From Pseudomonadota bacterium (GTDB taxonomy: Bacteria; Pseudomonadota; Gammaproteobacteria; Burkholderiales; Burkholderiaceae_D): a stretch of DNA of 64,000 nt. The stretch lies in the NCBI GenBank assembly GCA_040388555.1, contig JAZKBP010000027.1, forward strand, positions 20,463-84,462, read 5' to 3'. Each line of letters starts with the position of its first letter. Within the stretch, counting starts at the first letter, position 1. The notes beneath the pieces are model-generated. The model was not told the DNA's origin, did not search any database, and was given only the letters and a program-made list of their open reading frames with translations. Shown piece by piece: positions 60,620 to 64,000 of the stretch. A program made the position numbers and the translations under genes.

Positions 60620-61549
60620 TCAATGCGGCGCCGCCAGCGTGGCGCGAAAACGCAGGTAGTCTTGCGCCGTCAGGGCCGGCTGCTCGACCATCGGCACATG
60701 ACCGATGCGCGGCATGACGATCACGCTCGAATGGGGTAGCAGCTTGTGCAGGACGTCCGCGCTGCCGACGTGGATGACGCGATCCTGTTCGCCCCAGACG
60801 ATCAGCGTCGGTGTCGCCAGCCCGGCCACCGCCTGCTCGAGCGAATCGCCGGCGATCTGCGCGAACACATACTGCTCCGTCGCGAAGTTGGCGATGCGCT
60901 CTTGCGCCATTTCGTCGAGCATGCCGCGCGGCAGATAGGGCGGATCGCTCATGATGAAGTCGAACACCCGCGCGAATTCCTCCTCGTTGCGCGCCAGCAG
61001 AGGGTTGCCGCCTTTGGCTGTCATGATCGCCTTCAGTTCGCTAGCGGGCGCGTTCTGGATGCCGGCAGGGTCGAGCAGCCACAGGCTGCCCACTTCGGCA
61101 GGGTAGCGCGCCGCGTAGGCCAGCGCCACGTAGCCGCCCATCGAATTGCCACCCAAGTGAGATGACCGCACGCCCAGCGCCTGCAACAAAGCGCGCACAC
61201 GTTCAAGCTGGGCGCCGGCCCGGTAGTCGGCGCCCGGCAGGCGCGTCGATTCGCCGAAGCCCACCAGGTCCGGCACAATGACGCGGTAGTGCGGCGTGAG
61301 CAGGCGCGCCACCCGCGTGAAGTTGTCCTTGTTTCCGCCCAAGCCGTGCAGCAGCACCAGGGTCTCGCCCGCGCCGCCTTCCAGGTAAACGTAATGCAGC
61401 CCACCAGGCAGGTCGATCTCCTTGCGTTCCAGGCCCGAGCGCGCGCGTTCGATCTTGACCGCATACTCGGTCAGCGTATGGTAGCTGCACGCGCCGAGCG
61501 CGAGCGGCAGGCACAGGGAAATCAACAACGACAAGCATCGGCGTAGCAT
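60620..61549 (-). CDS. alpha/beta hydrolase lipoprotein
   Basis: Lipobox LALGAC, HG oxyanion LLHGLGG, and nucleophile elbow GNSMGG. Confidence 0.8.
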   Translation of the reverse strand: MLRRCLSLLISLCLPLALGACSYHTLTEYAVKIERARSGLERKEIDLPGGLHYVYLEGGAGETLVLLHGLGGNKDNFTRVARLLTPHYRVIVPDLVGFGESTRLPGADYRAGAQLERVRALLQALGVRSSHLGGNSMGGYVALAYAARYPAEVGSLWLLDPAGIQNAPASELKAIMTAKGGNPLLARNEEEFARVFDFIMSDPPYLPRGMLDEMAQERIANFATEQYVFAQIAGDSLEQAVAGLATPTLIVWGEQDRVIHVGSADVLHKLLPHSSVIVMPRIGHVPMVEQPALTAQDYLRFRATLAAPH

Positions 61550-61700
61550 GGAGGGAACTCGGCGGGTACGGTTGGGGGAGGGCGGCGCTGCATCCCGATC
61601 GGGCCAATCATAACCGAAGCGCGGCGCGCCGTCGTACACAGTGCCGCAGCGCTGATGCATAATGGACCCATCCGCCGTGCACTTCCGATCGAACATCGCC

Positions 61701-62438
61701 ATGCCGCTCGCGCTACGCTACCTGTCGATACTCCTGCTCGCGCTGATGCCCATTTGGGCCGGCGCCGGCCCCGCCATTGTGCTTAGCACCGGCGACTGGC
61801 CGCCCTACACGGCGCAGCAGGCGGCCGACGGCGGCGTTGTCGCGCGCATCGTCAGCGCAGCGTTCGCGCTCGAAGGGATCACCGTCACCTATCGCTTCGC
61901 GTCCTGGACGCGCGCCATCCACGATGCGCGCGAGGGCGCCGTGGACGGCTCCATCATCTGGCGCCACGATGCCGAGCGGGCCAGTTCCTTCCTTTACAGC
62001 GATCCCGTGTTTGAAGGGCGCACGGTGCTGTTCCATCTCGAATCCACACCGTTCGACTGGACCGGCATCGAAGACCTGTACAAGATCAGCGTGGGCGGAA
62101 CGGTGGGCTACCGTTACCAGTTCGAGCCCAACCCAATCATCCACATCGATCGCGCCGCCACCGACGAAATCGGCTTTCGCAAGCTGCTCGGCGGACGCTT
62201 CCCGGTCTTTATATCGGACGTCGCCGCGGGCCGGGCGGTGCTGCGCGAGCATTTCAGCGCGGCCGAGGCGCAGCGCGTGACCAGTCATGCGCGGCCAGTG
62301 CAAATAACGGCCTATTTCCTGATCTTGCCACGCAAGCTGGCCGCCAGCGGCGCCTTGATGGCCAGTTTTAACCGCGGTCTGGCGCGTCTGCGCGCCAGTG
62401 GCAGGTACGCCGAGCTGTTCGCCCCAGCGGCACCCTGA
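61701..62438 (+). CDS. periplasmic substrate-binding protein (family 3-like)
   Basis: Signal peptide MPLALRYLSILLLALMPIWAGA, then ...GDWPPYT..., at ~245 aa. Confidence 0.65.
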   Translation: MPLALRYLSILLLALMPIWAGAGPAIVLSTGDWPPYTAQQAADGGVVARIVSAAFALEGITVTYRFASWTRAIHDAREGAVDGSIIWRHDAERASSFLYSDPVFEGRTVLFHLESTPFDWTGIEDLYKISVGGTVGYRYQFEPNPIIHIDRAATDEIGFRKLLGGRFPVFISDVAAGRAVLREHFSAAEAQRVTSHARPVQITAYFLILPRKLAASGALMASFNRGLARLRASGRYAELFAPAAP

Positions 62439-62493
62439 ACGGCGCGGTGCGGGCGTATAATCGGCGCATGGTATCCCCAAGCCCAAGGCCGAT

Positions 62494-63669
62494 ATGTCCA
62501 CCGAGCCGCCCACTGACAGCCCACTAGCGGGCGCGTCGCCGGGCGCGGGCACGATGCCTTGGGTCACGCGCGCGCTCGACCTTATCCTCACCACCGACTT
62601 CAAACAGCGCCGCTGCATCCGCATGTTGTTGCTCACCGCCTTGGTGTACGCCGTGTGCATCGGCTTGATGGGCTATGGCGCGCACGTGGGCATTTTCGAT
62701 CCCGTCCAAATCGGCGTGCTCGCAGTGTTTTGCGTCGCCTTCACGCTGCTGTTCTACGTCATCGTGCGCAGCGGGCGCAACCTGCGCTGGCCCGATCCCA
62801 CCTTGGCCATGCCGCAGACGCTGGTGGCGCAGACCCTGATCGCCGGCGCCTACGCGGTGGGCGGCGAAATCCATCCGGCCACCATCATCCTGATGGCGTT
62901 GGTGATGGTGTTTGGTATGTTTAACATGCGTATTCGCAGCGCGCGCATGGTCAGCGCCTACACCATCGTGCTGCTGGGCGCGGTCATCGCGTGGCGCACC
63001 CAGGTCGACCCTGAGGTGTACGTGCCCGCGCACGAATGGATGGTCTTCGTGCTGGTGGCCACGGTGCTGCCGGCCATCGCCCAATTGTCGGCGCAGCTGA
63101 TGAACATGCGTGCGCGGCTCAAGCAGCAGAAGGTGGCGCTCGAGCAGGCGCTCGCGCACATCAACGACATGGCGATCCAGGACGAGCTGACCGGGCTGGC
63201 CAACCGCCGCCACATGATGGCGCAGCTGGCCGAGCACGCGCAGCGGCGCACACGCGGCGGCCCCGCGTTTTTTGTCGCGATGGTCGACCTCGATCATTTC
63301 AAGCAGATCAACGACAAATACGGCCATGCCACTGGCGATGAAGCCTTGCGCGTATTCGCGCGCGAAGCCACCAGCGCCTTGCGCGCGACCGACGTGATCG
63401 GGCGCTGGGGCGGCGAGGAATTCCTGGTGCTGCTGCCCGAGTCCGCACCGGGCGAACCGGCGGGCGAACCGACGGTCGCGGTCGAGCGCCTTCGCGTGCG
63501 CCTGTCGCAGCTGGAGGCTTGCCCCGTCGTGCCGGAACTGCGGATCGCGTTTTCGGCCGGGTTTTCGCGCCATCGCGATGGCGAGGCGGTCGATCACACC
63601 ATCGAGCGGGCCGACCGCGCCCTGTATGCGGCCAAGCTGGCTGGGCGCAACCGCAGCGTCGTCGACTGA
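62494..63669 (+). CDS. membrane-anchored GGDEF diguanylate cyclase
   Basis: Five to six N-terminal TM helices, then GGDEF with RWGGEEF and an I-site-like RATD. Confidence 0.85.
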   Translation: MSTEPPTDSPLAGASPGAGTMPWVTRALDLILTTDFKQRRCIRMLLLTALVYAVCIGLMGYGAHVGIFDPVQIGVLAVFCVAFTLLFYVIVRSGRNLRWPDPTLAMPQTLVAQTLIAGAYAVGGEIHPATIILMALVMVFGMFNMRIRSARMVSAYTIVLLGAVIAWRTQVDPEVYVPAHEWMVFVLVATVLPAIAQLSAQLMNMRARLKQQKVALEQALAHINDMAIQDELTGLANRRHMMAQLAEHAQRRTRGGPAFFVAMVDLDHFKQINDKYGHATGDEALRVFAREATSALRATDVIGRWGGEEFLVLLPESAPGEPAGEPTVAVERLRVRLSQLEACPVVPELRIAFSAGFSRHRDGEAVDHTIERADRALYAAKLAGRNRSVVD

Positions 63670-63786
63670 GCCGCGGGCGCGCCACGCGCCGTCCCGCCTT
63701 CGGTTTATATTCTACATATTTATAGTTTATTGACTTATATAATATGTGCTGATATGCTGTTCTTTGGATCATTGAAGGAACACGCC

Positions 63787-64000
63787 ATGTCCGATCAACT
63801 CGACATCGAGCAAATGCAGCGCGGCGCCGAAGCTGCCACGGCCATGCTGCGCGTGCTGGCCAACCGGGACCGCTTGATGCTGATGTGCCAGCTGAGCCAA
63901 GGCGAGCTGTGCGTGAGCGAACTGGAGGAGCAGCTTGCCATTCGCCAGCCGACCTTGTCGCAGCAGCTGGGTATTCTGCGCGAGCAGGGGTTGGTGGCCA
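63787..64000 (+). CDS. ArsR/SmtB-family transcriptional regulator (3' end outside window)
   Basis: ...LRVLANRDRLMLMCQLSQGELCVSELEEQLAIRQPTLSQQLGILREQGLV shows the wHTH. AAGGA lies 7 nt upstream. TTGACT-17-TATGCT is a promoter-like element at 63731. Confidence 0.8.
   Translation, partial: MSDQLDIEQMQRGAEAATAMLRVLANRDRLMLMCQLSQGELCVSELEEQLAIRQPTLSQQLGILREQGLVA

Overview
High-G+C Gram-negative chromosomal segment. The 60-nt lines I counted in core genes are about 63% G+C. Gene content and order (ompR-envZ, dapC-dapD-pilU-arsC-like-dapE-prmB, ABC-F, htpG, several GGDEF/HDOD/CheW signalling genes) suggest a Burkholderiales/Oxalobacteraceae-type betaproteobacterium; this is inference only. About 60 protein-coding genes are supported. 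I saw no rRNA, tRNA or CRISPR array. Three compositionally foreign patches stand out. (1) 15.65-16.56 kb is an AT-rich ~0.9-kb cassette. It encodes a double-glycine-leader bacteriocin/microcin-like peptide and a small membrane (immunity-like) ORF, and it is bracketed by a 376-bp direct duplication of the 3' end of a fapA-like gene. (2) About 38.4-42.2 kb is a lower-G+C patch with a CPBP protease, a small alarmone-hydrolase-like HD protein, a lipoprotein and a helically phased CGAT decamer array. (3) About 45.8-52.8 kb is a low-G+C island between a MocR regulator and the sigma-32 promoter of htpG. It carries a plasmid-type parA/ribbon-helix-helix partition pair and a mostly one-strand string of about 10 small ORFs: a cold-shock-domain fusion, a Cys/Trp mini-protein, coiled-coil proteins and immunity-like helical proteins. 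No integrase, toxin or tRNA is in view there. This island and the bacteriocin cassette are the best candidates for undescribed biology. Other features are a REP-like palindromic repeat family, a perfect 60-bp AT-rich palindrome, a TetR/SDR deletion scar and an unannotated 37-codon ORF behind a MacB-type ABC pair. Many long ORFs in the supplied track are antisense shadows of real genes in GC-rich DNA and were not called.
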